A stretch of DNA of 64,000 bases from Octopus bimaculoides. Taxonomy: Eukaryota. Each line of letters begins with the position of its first letter. Within the stretch, counting starts at the first letter, position 1. The stretch covers positions 18,890,649 through 18,954,648 of the forward strand of contig NC_068991.1 of the NCBI RefSeq assembly GCF_001194135.2, read 5' to 3'. Positions 1 through 12,875 of the stretch are shown here, in pieces. Position numbers and translations under genes: made by a program. The notes below the pieces were generated by a model that saw nothing but the letters and a program-made list of their open reading frames with translations, searched no databases and was not told the DNA's origin.

Positions 1-887
1 TATCACAGTTTTCCGAAGAAAGTCTTCGTAATATACACTTCATAGAATAAACTATGAAAAGTATAGACCTAAACTGTCTCCAACAAATTCAATGCACGTA
101 CGTCTAAAGCAGAGTCTGTTTGATATCTATTAATCCATTTACGATTCTTAAAGTATGCTGCATCGCATATACAATATAATGTTTATAGAATGAAATTTAA
201 ACGAAAGAACGTGGGTTTATATAACAGATACAAATTAATACACTTCTGTAGCAGACTATATTGTTATCAATCCACTTAAAAGAACAAAACTATTTTTAGC
301 ACACCGTACGCAAGTTAACCAATTTCAAAAAAACAGTATATCTACTCCATACAGGGTATATTATTGCAAGATAGTGCATAATATTTCCGGATTTCTGGAA
401 GAAAGCCGGATAAGAGGTCCCAGTACTGTATGTATATAAGAGAGAGAGAGAGAGAATTACGACACACGACAAGAGAATTACGACATGAGTTTGAGTTATC
501 TCCCTTTATTGAAGGGCATTGCTCGGTTTACAAGGATTTTATTTTCACTATTATTAGAAGGTGGTATGTAGGTTTATGTGTATGTATGTATGTATATATA
601 TATGGTAGGTAGAGTACTTAAGAGGGGAGAATGCTTTAAGACTTTCATAGCTTTATCAAGTGTCACCCTCAAGCAATAAACGATTTATAGTAAACTGCTA
701 ATGTGTATTTATAATAACGGGTAGAATAAAGAGATGCACAAGGCCACGCAATTTGGAAAGAGAATATGAGCTACTAAATAGTACTTCATTGTACCGACAC
801 CCCCAAAAGCATTAAAAGTTAACAGATATAGTAGGTATTGATCACAGGCTGTATTTATCGATAATGTATATATATATATATATACAT

Positions 888-945
<58 letters not shown>

Positions 946-2034
946 CGAAATCTCGATGTATAAGTTCAAATAGGGGATATGAAACTATGCAACGGGAGGG
1001 AGGAAGAAATAGCCTTTGAACTTTTATCAATAGAAAGAAAGGAAAAGAAAAACGATATTCTTTTAAGACGTATTTTTCAAAGGTTTGGCATAAGGACGAT
1101 CAAGGTTATATTTATTACAGTTTTTATTATTGTTTGACCTGTAAGTGATAAAATTAAATAGAAGACAAGGGTATATGGGAAAGATAGTGTATAGGTATGA
1201 AGACATGGCAAATGTTGATTTCAAACATTAGAATTTTAAATGACAATAAAGGTAATGTGTGTTTATGACATGAAAATGAAAGAGATATAGTAAGTTAAAG
1301 GTTTAATTATAGTACTTGGAATGATGTAAGATTTACATCTTCGGAGAAGAAGTATTACTTGTAAATTATGTATTAATGGGGTAAGGTCGGACAAATAGAG
1401 TGACAATGTGGATGGTAACACTATAAAAACAAGGACGCAGTTATTTTTAGTTGAAATATGTTTAAAATATTGATATATAGTTCTCCTTTGAAGATAACAT
1501 TATTTAAAAGATAGAAGTCTAGATGAGCCAAAATCAATTAAAAAAATTTAATCAAAAATAGAAAAGAACGAAAGCAACAACAACAAAAAAAACTAAGTTG
1601 AAGTGAAAAGTTTTATAAGTAATTTTATGTAAGTTATTATTATTATTAGTAGCATTATTACTGTAATTGTTATTATTTAGCGAAAAGGTGGCGTATCTTG
1701 GTGAATATTCTTCAAATGGGACGGACACCTCGTCAAATGGAAATAGAATACCTGACATAAACAACACTATTTACTTCGAAAATAAAACGTTCATTGATTT
1801 AATACGATACAATTAATAATTCTTATCAGTATATGCTCGTTAATTACTAAATGCCAATTATGTAATTATTTAAATAGATCATATATAAAGTTGTGTAAGG
1901 GTGGGACAAAAATATTAAAAAGGACATGTGAGCAAGGTCATGTAAACGTGCGCGCGTGTCTACATCTATATGTTATATGTATATATACATCTATATATAT
2001 ATATATATATATAAAGCAAACACTTAGATCTGTC

Positions 2035-2290
2035 CATTTCGTTGTCCTTCCCCCTCCGAGTCCGGTTCGCTGTAGGTCAGTTCTGATCGAGCAGACACTT
2101 GATTAAAAGCACTCCAACCGTAGCCATACGGTTCGAGATACCGTGTTTCAGATACGGCTGTATCTAATCTCATCGACCGTATCCCTCCTTCTTACCCTAT
2201 TTTTCTATTTTAAAAAAAAGATAGTAGGGTGTATCATTTAAGGGAGATTAGACTACTATTTCTAGCAAAGTCCAGCGACCACGTAGCGAG
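2035..2290. repeat. Unclassified SINE-like interspersed repeat
   Basis: Loosely similar in reverse orientation to 14960-15150 (shared gatcgagcagac...ttccagcc-type segment and (CAA/GTT)n end). Confidence 0.35.
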
Positions 2291-2736
2291 GTTCGATGTC
2301 TCGTACTTTTCGCTATTATTATAGTCTAGTTGTTATTAGTCTAATGTAGGCCATGGAAAGAAAGAAAGAGAGAGGGAAGAGATGAAAAAAAAAATTAAAT
2401 AAATGAATGGTTATTTTGTTAATGTGTCACATGCACACACTTGCCTTTTGTCTTCCAAAGATCTGTGATCGGAAGAATCGCTTAGAAATCTGCGATAACA
2501 ACCTATTAGACGAAAGCATGGCTGCCCGATTGTAAGATGTTGACCGGCTGATAGAGTTTACAATCAGACGTTTATATGGTAAGGAAGCTCAAACGAACCA
2601 AAAACGAACTTAAGGCGCTTAGAAATATATAAATACCTTGAAATTTGAAAAAAAAGAAAAGAATTTAAAAGATTGTGGAGGACAGACGTAAAAAAAATAT
2701 TTAAACAATTATAATGAAGCATACATAAAGTGTACA

Positions 2737-2768
<32 letters not shown>

Positions 2769-2771
<3 letters not shown>

Positions 2772-3007
2772 TTATCCCCCACCATATTGTGATTCGCCTA
2801 TCGCGGTCCACCTATCGCGCTTTATTATTTAAGCTTACGTCAATTCCTCTGTGGTGTTGTTTTTGCATTTATAATAAAATAAATATATACAGATTACAAG
2901 AATGATTAAAAAGAAATACAGTATAGTACTGCTTCTACTTCGTGGATTTTCAACTATTGCGGGTGGTGGGGTGGAACGTAACGCCCGCGATAATCGAGGA
3001 ACTACTG
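2769..3007. mobile_element. Tigger/pogo-like MITE
   Basis: TA|CAGTTATCCCCC...CGCGATAATCGAGGAACTACTG|TA: imperfect TIRs, TA target duplication, no ORF. Confidence 0.7.
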
Positions 3008-3436
3008 TATACATATATGCCAGATATATTTATTAGTTTATTTGTGTGCTCGTGCACGCACACTTATACATGTTTAAGCATGATGGTAGTGGTGAGGGTG
3101 AGTCACGTCGTTCGACGAGGAGGATGGCTTCAGCTTTCCAATCAACTGAATTACCTGCCCCTGAATTAACGTGTAAGTGGAAAACATTTCACGGGACACG
3201 TGTTGTAATTTCTGGCAGAATCAGTATGTTACAGGTTATTCTTATTTTTTGGATTGCAAGCATAGTCCACCCAACGGACTTCCATACACTTTTTATCTGC
3301 CCAATTTCGCAAATATATGTAGAAAAGGTCGTTTGGTCAAGATGTCATGCAGGGAAATCAAACCCAAGACTTAGTAGTTGCATAGTGAAATCGTTAACCA
3401 TTTGGTTATATAGCACCTACATACTAATCTCCACAG

Positions 3437-3823
3437 TGGAGGCGCAATGGCCCAGTGATTAGGGCAGCGGACTCACGGTCATAGGATCACGGTTTCGATG
3501 CCCAGAATGGACATTGTGAGTGTTTATTGAACGAAAACACCTAAAGCTCCACGAGGCTCCAGCAGGGGATGGTGGCGAACCCTGCTGTACTCTTTCACCA
3601 CAACTTTCTCTCACTCTTTCTTCCTGTTTCTGTTGTGCCTGTAATTCAAAGGGTCAGCCCTGTCACACTGTGTCACGCTGAATATCCTCGAGAACTACGT
3701 TAAGGGTACACGTGTCTGTGGAGTGCTCAGCCACTTGCACGTTAATTTCACGAGCAGGCTGTTCCGTTGATCGGATCGACTGGAACCCTCGACTTCGTAA
3801 GCAACGGAGTGCCAAACAACAAC
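3437..3823 (+). mobile_element. tRNA(Arg-like)-derived SINE, type A
   Basis: Head GGAGGCGCAATGGCCCAGTG (A box) ...GGTTTCGATGCCC (B box); (CAA)n tail; same body at 18312 and 47144. Confidence 0.9.
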
Positions 3824-3879
3824 TCATCTCCACCACACACACACACATATTGTTTTTAAATCTGCTTTTTCATATTGGC

Positions 3880-4260
3880 ATAAGTTGGACAAGACTTTTA
3901 GGGGCCATGGTCTATGGCCACTTGCCCTTCCCAAAGCCAATCCCATGGGTGCACCTAAGAGGTTCCCCTCTGGGGTACAAGTCTGGGCAGAAAGTCGCCT
4001 CACCAGCAAGCGCACAACCTATGGAGGACCAGCAGTTGTTCATGCATACCAGCCTCTCCTCTCCACGCCACCGATGTTATCCAAAGGAAGGGCAAAGGTA
4101 CCAGTGATGTCACAACTCATTTCTACGGCTGAGTGAACTGGAGCAACATGAAATGAAATGTCTTGCTCAAGAACACAACATGCAGCCCAGTCCAAGAATC
4201 GAACTTACAGCCATACGATCATAAGCTCGACACTCTAACCATTGAGCCATGCCCCTTCAC
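3880..4260 (-). mobile_element. tRNA-derived SINE, type D
   Basis: Reverse-complement match to the 19094 copy (ttgagcaagaca...tcactcagc central segment). Confidence 0.8.
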
Positions 4261-4290
4261 AAATATATCTATATACATATGCATATATCA

Positions 4291-4445
4291 GTTGTGACTG
4301 TGTTAAGAAGCTTGCTTCCCAACCACATGGTCCCGAGTTCAGTTCCACTGTGTGGCACCTTGGACAAGTGTCTTCTACTATAGCCTTTGGGCTGACCAAA
4401 GCCTTGTGAGTTCATTTGATAGATATAAACTGAAAGAAGCCCATC

Positions 4446-4535
<90 letters not shown>

Positions 4536-4775
4536 ATGTATTTATGTGTTTGTGTGACTTTGTGTCTGTATTTGTTCCCCCATTACCACTTGACAACTGG
4601 TGCTGGTGTGTTTACGTCCCCATAACTTAGTAGTTTCTTAATAGTTCAGCAAACGAGACCAATAGAATAATTACTAGACTTACAAAGAATAAGTCTTGGG
4701 GTTGATTTTTTTGACTAAAACACTCTTTAAGGCAGTGCTCCAGCATGGGCACAGTCAAATGACTGAAACAAAAGA
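4291..4775 (+). mobile_element. tRNA-derived SINE, type B (CORE-like, internal microsatellite)
   Basis: aaccacatgg...ggcaccttggacaagtgtcttctactatagcc...(TA)n...cagcatgg...gactgaaac; ccttgggcaagt resembles the CORE domain. Confidence 0.9.
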
Positions 4776-5480
4776 ATATATATATATATACATATAAGCT
4801 ATGAAAGTCATTGAGTATGAGAGGTGAAAATATATTATTTAACCACACAACATCCCTGTGACCATTTTGCAGTATTTTTCATGTAGCAATAATTTTAGAG
4901 TGAAAGAAATTATGCTTACATGTTCAGTATGTGTTAATATGCATTACAGGCATTACTATACATTATATATTACAATTGAATATTCGCAGACGCCTCACAT
5001 GATTTTTAGAGGGCCCCCTGCAACTTTTTGCTTTGAGGCCCCAACCCTTCAATCAAAATTCATAATCTACTCTCCTTTTATTCATAGCTGTATTTCACTT
5101 TATTTGTATCTAAAGTTTAACATATTTTTAGAAGAACTTTTGCAGGTACAGTGTATTACCATTTTATTTCTTGAAATTTTCAGTTCACATAAGTTTAATT
5201 CTTGTTCGACATCTTAACCAAAGTAAATATATGACTCATCTATGTACTTTGATCTTAAAATGGGGCCTCTCAACTGTGGAAGCCTCTTGCGACTGCAGGG
5301 GTTACAGGCACTTAGCAACAGCCCTGTATATTCACAAACCAAAGAAAGCTAACTCATCAAATCATCAGAACATCATAGTTATACCAACCGTTGTATTGTA
5401 TAATGCATATTAATGCAAACGTGTAAGCATAATTTCTTCCACACTGAAATTATTATAATATGAAAAAGGCTGCAAAACAG

Positions 5481-5680
5481 CAGGGGGTGATAAAAAGTTT
5501 CCTGACTTTGGGTAAAAGAAAATACAGGAGGATCAGTTAATTATGATTTTATTCTCAGATTCATACATTTATTGCAGCTGCCCTTCAGTTTTTCTACGCC
5601 CTGTAAAAAAAACTCAGAAGATTGGGCCTCTAACCAGGTCTTTCACAGTACCCTTAAAGCCAGGAACTTTTCAGCATCTC
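5481..5680. mobile_element. Mariner-type MITE (same family as 21231)
   Basis: Ends aggggg...aaaagtttcctgacttt / aaagccaggaacttttcagcatc; body is the reverse complement of 21231-21447. Confidence 0.8.
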
Positions 5681-5960
5681 AGCTTGCTTACCAACCACAT
5701 GGTTCTGGGTTCAGTCCGACTGCGTGGCACCTTGGGCAAGTGTCTTCTACTATAGCCTCGGGCCGACCAAAGCCTTGTGAGTGGATTTGGTAGACGGAAA
5801 CTGAAAGAAGCCCGTTGTATATATGTATATATATATATATATATATGTATATGTGTGTGTGTATATGTTTGTCCCCCCCCACCATATATATTCTTTTATT
5901 CTTTTACTTGTTTCAGTGATGTGACTGTGGCCATACTGAAGCACAGTATGGCCACAGGAC
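5680..5960 (+). mobile_element. SINE type B
   Basis: Same head and CORE-like segment, with internal (TA)/(TG) tract. Confidence 0.85.
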
Positions 5961-6899
5961 TTACTTTNNNNNNNNNNNNNNNNNNNNNNNNNNNNNNNNN
6001 NNNNNNNNNNNNNNNNNNNNNNNNNNNNNNNNNNNNNNNNNNNNNNNNNNNNNNNNNNNNNNNNNNNNNNNNNNNNNNNNNNNNNNNNNNNNNNNNNNNN
6101 NNNNNNNNNNNNNNNNNNNNNNNNNNNNNNNNNNNNNNNNNNNNNNNNNNNNNNNNNNNNNNNNNNNNNNNNNNNNNNNNNNNNNNNNNNNNNNNNNNNN
6201 NNNNNNNNNNNNNNNNNNNNNNNNNNNNNNNNNNNNNNNNNNNNNNNNNNNNNNNNNNNNNNNNNNNNNNNNNNNNNNNNNNNNNNNNNNNNNNNNNNNN
6301 NNNNNNNNNNNNNNNNNNNNNNNNNNNNNNNNNNNNNNNNNNNNNNNNNNNNNNNNNNNNNNNNNNNNNNNNNNNNNNNNNNNNNNNNNNNNNNNNNNNN
6401 NNNNNNNNNNNNNNNNNNNNNNNNNNNNNNNNNNNNNNNNNNNNNNNNNNNNNNNNNNNNNNNNNNNNNNNNNNNNNNNNNNNNNNNNNNNNNNNNNNNN
6501 NNNNNNNNNNNNNNNNNNNNNNNNNNNNNNNNNNNNNNNNNNNNNNNNNNNNNNNNNNNNNNNNNNNNNNNNNNNNNNNNNNNNNNNNNNNNNNNNNNNN
6601 NNNNNNNNNNNNNNNNNNNNNNNNNNNNNNNNNNNNNNNNNNNNNNNNNNNNNNNNNNNNNNNNNNNNNNNNNNNNNNNNNNNNNNNNNNNNNNNNNNNN
6701 NNNNNNNNNNNNNNNNNNNNNNNNNNNNNNNNNNNNNNNNNNNNNNNNNNNNNNNNNNNNNNNNNNNNNNNNNNNNNNNNNNNNNNNNNNNNNNNNNNNN
6801 NNNNNNNNNNNNNNNNNATATATATATATATAAATATATGCATAATTGTTAAAGATCACAACAAAGGTTAAGGCAAGGCAAATGTCTCATTATTATAAT

Positions 6900-7100
6900 T
6901 GGAAAAAAGTTAAAGTCTTACACCTGTTTCTGGGATATCCCAGAGTATGGGATATTCTGTCATGGGATACAAATAGGGAAAATGAGAAGGGTATAAATTA
7001 ATGAAATGACAACATAGAGGACAGGAGTAAAAGAATGAGGAGATGAAGACAGAGAAGAAAAAGGAAGCATGAAAGTTCACAGTTCACCTTTCTGATATTG
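6900..7100 (-). mobile_element. Penelope-like pLTR fragment with decayed hammerhead motif
   Basis: Minus strand ccatgacagaatatccca..tgggatatcccaGAAACAGGTGTAAGAC; related to 11120-11250. Confidence 0.45.
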
Positions 7101-7229
7101 TAGAAATAAGTCCATAAGTCCTTAGGTGCAATCCTGCCCTAGTAATCCGTTACAGCACTTACATAGTGTACCTAATAGTTTAGATCACCTGTGAACTAAA
7201 CCCTCCATATTTTATACACACACACACAC

Positions 7230-7400
7230 ACATACACACACAAACAAATATATATATACGACAGGCTTCTTTCTATTTCTATCAAGGCTTTGGTTGGCCC
7301 GAGGCTATAGTAGAAGACACTTGCCCAAGATTCCATGCAGTGGGACTGAACCCTGAACCATGTGGTTGGGAAGCAAGCTTCTTACTACACAGCCACACCT
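7230..7400 (-). mobile_element. SINE type B, 5' half
   Basis: ggcccgaggctatagtagaagacacttgcccaag...accatgtggttgg on the + strand. Confidence 0.85.
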
Positions 7401-7438
7401 GCACCTTATATATATACATGAATTTATATACATGCATG

Positions 7439-7474
<36 letters not shown>

Positions 7475-8039
7475 GGTTTGGAGGTGATGTACAGGTATTA
7501 TATATTAGAAAAAATAATAAGGCACTCAGAGATCTGGATGGTTGTACATTTACAGATTTTTATTAATATTTAACAGAAGCAACAGAGTGACACAAGGATC
7601 AAGAGTATTATGTGTTCGGGCTTATCAAATAAGTGATATATATCTATAAACTGAACAACCAAGCTCATTGAATTAGCATTTAAGTGACTGAGTATTCCCT
7701 AGACACATCGTACGCTCTTAATCCAATACTCAGGCTGAATCACTGTGACACAGTGTAAAAAAAAAACTGGACTATTAAATTGCAGTCACAGTTCTCATGG
7801 GCTTCCATAGTTTTTTAGTTAACCCAATTTCTCTCACAAAATATCAATTGACCTGAGGCTATAGCAATTACACTTGCCCAATATACCATGCAGCCAAATT
7901 GAAACCAGGCTATGCTAACGTAACATTTTTCAAATTGTACAAGTGATGTAAAACTCACAATAAAATTGAAGAGAATAGTTGAGGTTTTTGAAGTGATCAC
8001 AGTAAAGAAGTCTCATTATGTCATTTTATTTATTTACTA

Positions 8040-8546
8040 GGTTGAGGAAAAAGTTTGTGTGCTGTGTTAAAATAATGATTTTTTTAATGCAAGAATTTAT
8101 TCAAAAACAACAACAACTGTTCTTCAAAATAAAGTCCATCATTTTCCACGACCTTCTGCCAATGATCTGCAAGCTTTCGGATTTGGCCAAAGCACCAATT
8201 CTTCAGCTTTGAATTGAAAAATTCTTGACAAGCTTCTTCAATTTCATTGAAAGACTCAAATCAGTGACCTTTCATAAAGTGTTGAATGGATTGGAAAAGA
8301 CAGTAGTCAGATGGAGCAATGTCTGGACTATAGGCTGGATGTGGTAGAACTTCCACACTGTCCAATTCTTCAATCCTGTTGCTGGTCATTGTCTTGTTGA
8401 AACAGCGAGTTTTCGACGAACAAGTCTTGGGTACTTTTCGACAGTGAGTCACCATTGAACATGACATGAACTGAATGAACACACACACAACAAAAATATA
8501 TAAAAAAGCATTATTTTAACACAGAACAAAAACTTTTTCCTCAACC
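8040..8546 (-). mobile_element. Internally deleted mariner (DD34D) element
   Basis: ~30-bp TIRs (GGTTGAGGAAAAAGTTT..); minus strand encodes VLPHPAYSPDIAPSDYCLFQS...ESFNEIEEACQEFF...HWQKVVENDGLYFEE*. Confidence 0.9.
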
Positions 8547-8641
8547 TGATATTAATCTATTTCATAATGGACCACCAGGGTTCTTCATTCCATATAAAAT
8601 TTTGTTAGGTGTGAGGAGATGGCAAAAAGCCACAATATTAA

Positions 8642-10140
8642 CCCTTTTGATACCAACTCGCCTGAGACAAACCCTGGTTGTAAGATGCAAACCTTCTCTT
8701 TTAAGGTGATCTAAATAGACCTTCCATCAAATTTTTACGCAAATTTATGCTTGAATCACTAGATTAATGATAGTAAAGTTATTTTACTAAATTCCACATT
8801 ATTTTGAAAATTAATTAAAATAAATGCCGTGTATTTCAACAGAAATATGGTAACAAAGGGGTTAAAGTGATCTAAATTAAAACTTCCATTAAAAGTTTGA
8901 ATTAAATTATGTTCTAATTAGCAGCTAAACAACTAATTACGAAGATGTCTTACTAAATTCCTTATTATTTTCAATAGAAAAAGTGGCATTGTATTTCTCT
9001 TTTACTTGTTTCAGTCATTTGACTGTGGCCATGCTGGAGCACCGCCTTTAGTCGAGAAAATCGACCCCAGGACTTATTCTTTGTAAGCCTGGTACTTATT
9101 CTATCAGTCTCTTTTGCCAAACTCCTAAGTTATGGGGACGTAAATACACCAGCATCGGTTGTCAAGTGATGTTGGGGGGACAAACACAGATACACAAACA
9201 TATACACACACATATATATACATATATACGATGGGCTTCTTTCAGTTTCCATCTACCAAATCCACTCACAAGGCTTTGGTTGGCCCGAGCCTATAGTAGA
9301 AGACACTTGCCCAAGGTGCCATGCAGTGAGACTGAACCTGGAACCATGTGGTTGGTAAGCAAGTTACTTACCACACAGCCACTCCTACGCCTATTCCAAC
9401 AGAAATATGATAACAAATGGGTTAAGTGATCCAGATAGATTTCATACCAATTTCATGTTTATTTGTACTCCAAACACCATCTTGATAACTAACTACATGG
9501 TTGTTTTATAAAATTCCTTATTTTCAATAGAAAATGAGGTAGTGTATTCCAAAAAGGCATTTTATTTCAAAGACCAATATTGTAACAAATGAGTTAAGGC
9601 AATCTAATTCAAAATTTTCCATCAAAATTTTATGTTAACCTTTTAATATTTAAACATGCTATATCCAGCCCAAACATTCCACCTGTGTTATATTCAAACT
9701 GGCCAGATCTGGCCTCTCACACCATCCGTACAATATCCTTCTAAAAATTAACAGTTACCTCATCAAAGTATCAAAGCTACAAGATAATGCAAGATTAATT
9801 GAAAAACACATGCAAATAAATAAGTATTATATTTGACAGAATTATGCTTCAAACATCAGCTTAACCTTTTAGCATTTAAACTGACCATATCCAAGCCAAA
9901 ATATTCTACCTGTCTCATGTTCAAACTGAACAGGTCCGGCCTCTCACACCTACCCAAAAATATCATTCTAACAATATACAGTCATTTCATAGAAATCTCA
10001 AAGCCATACATGGAGAGAATAATCTGAATACCAAATTCTTAATAATTTCAAAGTTATTTTACTAAATTCTTCATTATTTTCTAAATTAATTGAAGCAAAA
10101 GCAGTACATTTCATCAGAAACATGGTTACAAAAACGTTAA
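8642..10140. mobile_element. Tandem/nested cluster of two piggyBac-like MITE families
   Basis: First unit is TTAA|CCCTTTT...AAAGGGG|TTAA (8642-8861); further units join at TTAA (9422, 9594, 9635, 9861, 10137); a SINE B interrupts at 8997-9390. Confidence 0.75.
8997..9390 (-). mobile_element. SINE type B (near full length)
   Basis: Reverse complement of the type B head, CORE-like segment and tail. Confidence 0.9.
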
Positions 10141-10179
10141 AGATGATGCCATACAAAGGTGGCGAATAGAAGAATAATG

Positions 10180-10290
10180 GCATCAAATTTTGGCACAAGA
10201 CCAGAAAGTTTGTGTGAGGGAATAAGTTGATTACATCAACCTCGGTGCTCGACTGGTGCTTATTGTGAAGAACTTGCAGCTTTAATAAAA
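10180..10290 (-). mobile_element. SINE type C, 3' fragment
   Basis: aaattttggcacaagaccag...ttgattacatcaacctc..tgctcgactggtgctta. Confidence 0.65.
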
Positions 10291-10382
10291 GCATATTGCT
10301 CTACCTTAAGTATCTGAGTTCTATTTTTTTTCCACCCTGTTTTGCATTTATGCATTTACATGTGTGTATAATATATATTCTT

Positions 10383-10725
10383 TTATTCTTTTACTTGTTT
10401 CAGTCACTTGACTGCAGTCTTCTTGGAGCACCGCCTTTTATTCTTTGTAAGCCATTGGTCACTTTTACCGAACTGCTAAGTTACAGGGATGTAATCACAC
10501 CAACATCGGTTGTCAAGCGATGGTGGAAGAACAAACACAAACACACAAGCACACACACACATATATATATATATGACAGGCTTCTTTCAGTTTCCGTCTA
10601 TCAAATCCACTCACAAGGCTTTGGTTGGCCTGAGGCTATGGAAGAAGATACTTGCCCAAGGTGTCACTCAATGGGACTGAACCAGGAACCATGTGGTTGG
10701 TAAGCAAGCTACTTACCACACAACT
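10383..10725 (-). mobile_element. SINE type B
   Basis: Type B sequence with CpG decay. Confidence 0.85.
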
Positions 10726-10749
10726 GCTATCTATCTATCTATCTATCTA

Positions 10750-10786
<37 letters not shown>

Positions 10787-11063
10787 NNNNNNNNNNNNNN
10801 NNNNNNNNNNNNNNNNNNNNNNNNNNNNNNNNNNNNNNNNNNNNNNNNNNNNNNNNNNNNNNNNNNNNNNNNNNNNNNNNNNNNNNNNNNNNNNNNNNNN
10901 NNNNNNNNNNNNNNNNNNNNNNNNNNNNNNNNNNNNNNNNNNNNNNNNNNNNNNNNNNNNNNNNNNNNNNNNNNNNNNNNNNNNNNNNNNNNNNNNNNNN
11001 NNNNNNNNNNNNNNNNNNNNNNNNNNNNNNNNNNNNNNNNNNNNNNNNNNNNNNNNNNNNNNN

Positions 11064-11111
<48 letters not shown>

Positions 11112-11119
11112 TATATAAT

Positions 11120-11250
11120 TGCTGCACATTCTCTCCATCAAATTTTCTCTACATCTCCACATAAAAGTTTCCTGTCTATATATTCTCTTATTTATACGCT
11201 TTATATTTTGTCTCTGATGACGGAATACCCAGTATATGGAAATGTGGACC
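11120..11250 (+). mobile_element. Penelope-like pLTR fragment with decayed hammerhead motif
   Basis: Pyrimidine-rich stretch followed by gtctCTGATGAcggaatacccagtatatgGAAATG. Confidence 0.45.
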
Positions 11251-11255
11251 AACAC

Positions 11256-12085
11256 TGTCATAGCGAATTAGTAATAATGGTACACCCCTCCCACATGACA
11301 AATGGAATAAGCTAGTCACTATTAGAAAAGAGAGTACATAGCAGGCGGTCAGAGATAGTCGTGTCTTTATTGGTTTTACTAAGTATACTGTATACTGAAG
11401 TGGGTGTTATATCAATCTAACATTTTAAGGATTGTAACAGTGGTGATGAGGACTTAAACGACTCAAAAACTTAATAAACTCAGAGGAGTTAATAAACTCA
11501 CGAAGTTGGTGTAGAAATTTTATGAAAAATCGAAAAAGTGTGGAAAATTTATTGGTAGGTTTGCTTGAGTTGCAAAAACAGCAACAACAACAGTAGATGC
11601 AACTGCAAGAGCAACAAAAGAAGCAGCAACAATAGCAAATAATATTACAGTAACAAATGCTGCAATTACTGAAGTTGTCAGGAAAGTCAGAAAAAGTGTT
11701 CTCACCAGACTATGTCACGAATTCAATAACTGAATTCAAATAGAAACCTTACGAAGGAGATACTGTCAAACCATAGTACAGATGATATGAGCAAATCTTT
11801 GAGAAAGAATGTAAAGATTAGGATGACAAGATGAAAATGTGCTTAATCTTGAGAAAACTGGTTGCAGCAGAACATGAGTGTTACAGCAATTATGTACTCC
11901 CAAGAAAACCTTCTGACATAAACTTTAATGACACAATGGATATATTTTTTGTGAAAATAGCTCATTGTTCAATGCATGTTGGAAGTGTCCGAACATAGAG
12001 AAAAACAATGATGAGGACTATATCACATATGCTGGTAGAGTTAATGGAAAGCGAGAAATTAAAGCTGGATGAATTAGTGCCTATG
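11256..12085 (+). mobile_element. Ty3/Gypsy relic: putative 5' LTR, PBS and gag pseudogene
   Basis: TGT..ACA (11256-11439), then TGGTGATGAGGAC (PBS-like, 11441-11453). From ATG 11522, with stops and a frameshift: ...YEQIFEKECKD*DDKMKMCLILRKLVAAEHECYSNYVLPRKPSDINF...SLFNACWKCPNIEKNNDEDYITYAGRVN, typical of Mag/K02A2.6-type gag. Confidence 0.8.
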
Positions 12086-12184
12086 AAATCTCAGCTGAAA
12101 TAAACTCTTCTCTTGAGCCATGAAATGGTACTTTGTAACTTCAGTTTTTTGTTATTCAACGTATTTATCCTCTGTTACCATATT

Positions 12185-12660
12185 GGTCTCAAATTTTAGC
12201 ACAAGGCCAGCAAGTTTGGGCAAAGTGGGTAACTTGATTACATCAACTCCAGTGCTCAACTGGTATTTATTTTATTGACCTTGATGATGATGATAATGAT
12301 GAAGAGGAGAAGGTAGAAGAGGAGGAGGAGGGGGTAGGGAGGCAGGGTGGAGAGGAGGAAGGGGAGGTAGGGTGGAGAGGAGGTAGGGAGGCAGGGTGGA
12401 GAGGAGGTAGGGAGGAGAGGAGATAGGGAAGTAGAGTGGAGAGGAAGTAGGAGGTAGGGTGGAGAGGAGGGTAGGAGGAGGAGAGGTAGGAGTAGGAGAG
12501 GGTGGAGGGGGAGGAAGGAGGATGAGAATGAAGAGGGGAGGTTGATGAGAATGGAAGACAAAGTTGACCCTGGCAGTATTTGGAACTCAGAACATGAAGA
12601 TGAACAAAATGCCTCTAAACATTTTGCTTGTTCTGGTAATGATTCTACAGCTTGCTGGCT
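12185..12660 (-). mobile_element. SINE type C split by a purine-rich tract
   Basis: 3' part at 12185-12290 and 5' part at 12550-12660. Confidence 0.7.
12290..12550 (+). repeat. GGA/GGAGAGGAGGTAGG low-complexity purine tract
   Basis: Almost only G and A on the + strand, with a degenerate ~15-bp periodicity. Confidence 0.9.
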
Positions 12661-12674
12661 TGTCCTTTTTACTA

Positions 12675-12875
12675 TCATATTTCTGTTGAAGTATGCTAAC
12701 TTTGTTTCATTTAATTCTTAAAATAGTGAAGATTTTAGTAAAATAATTTCGTCAATGTTAAGCTGGTTGTTGGAACAAATTCACATAAAAATTTTGATGG
12801 ATGATTTCAATTTAGATCACTTTGAAACAAAAAGAACTAGCGGTAGTCTCAGGCAGGTTGGTATCGAAAGGGTTA
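12675..12875. mobile_element. piggyBac-like MITE (same family as 8642, opposite orientation)
   Basis: Ends ...ggtatcgaaaggg|TTAA; body is the reverse complement of 8642-8861. Confidence 0.7.
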
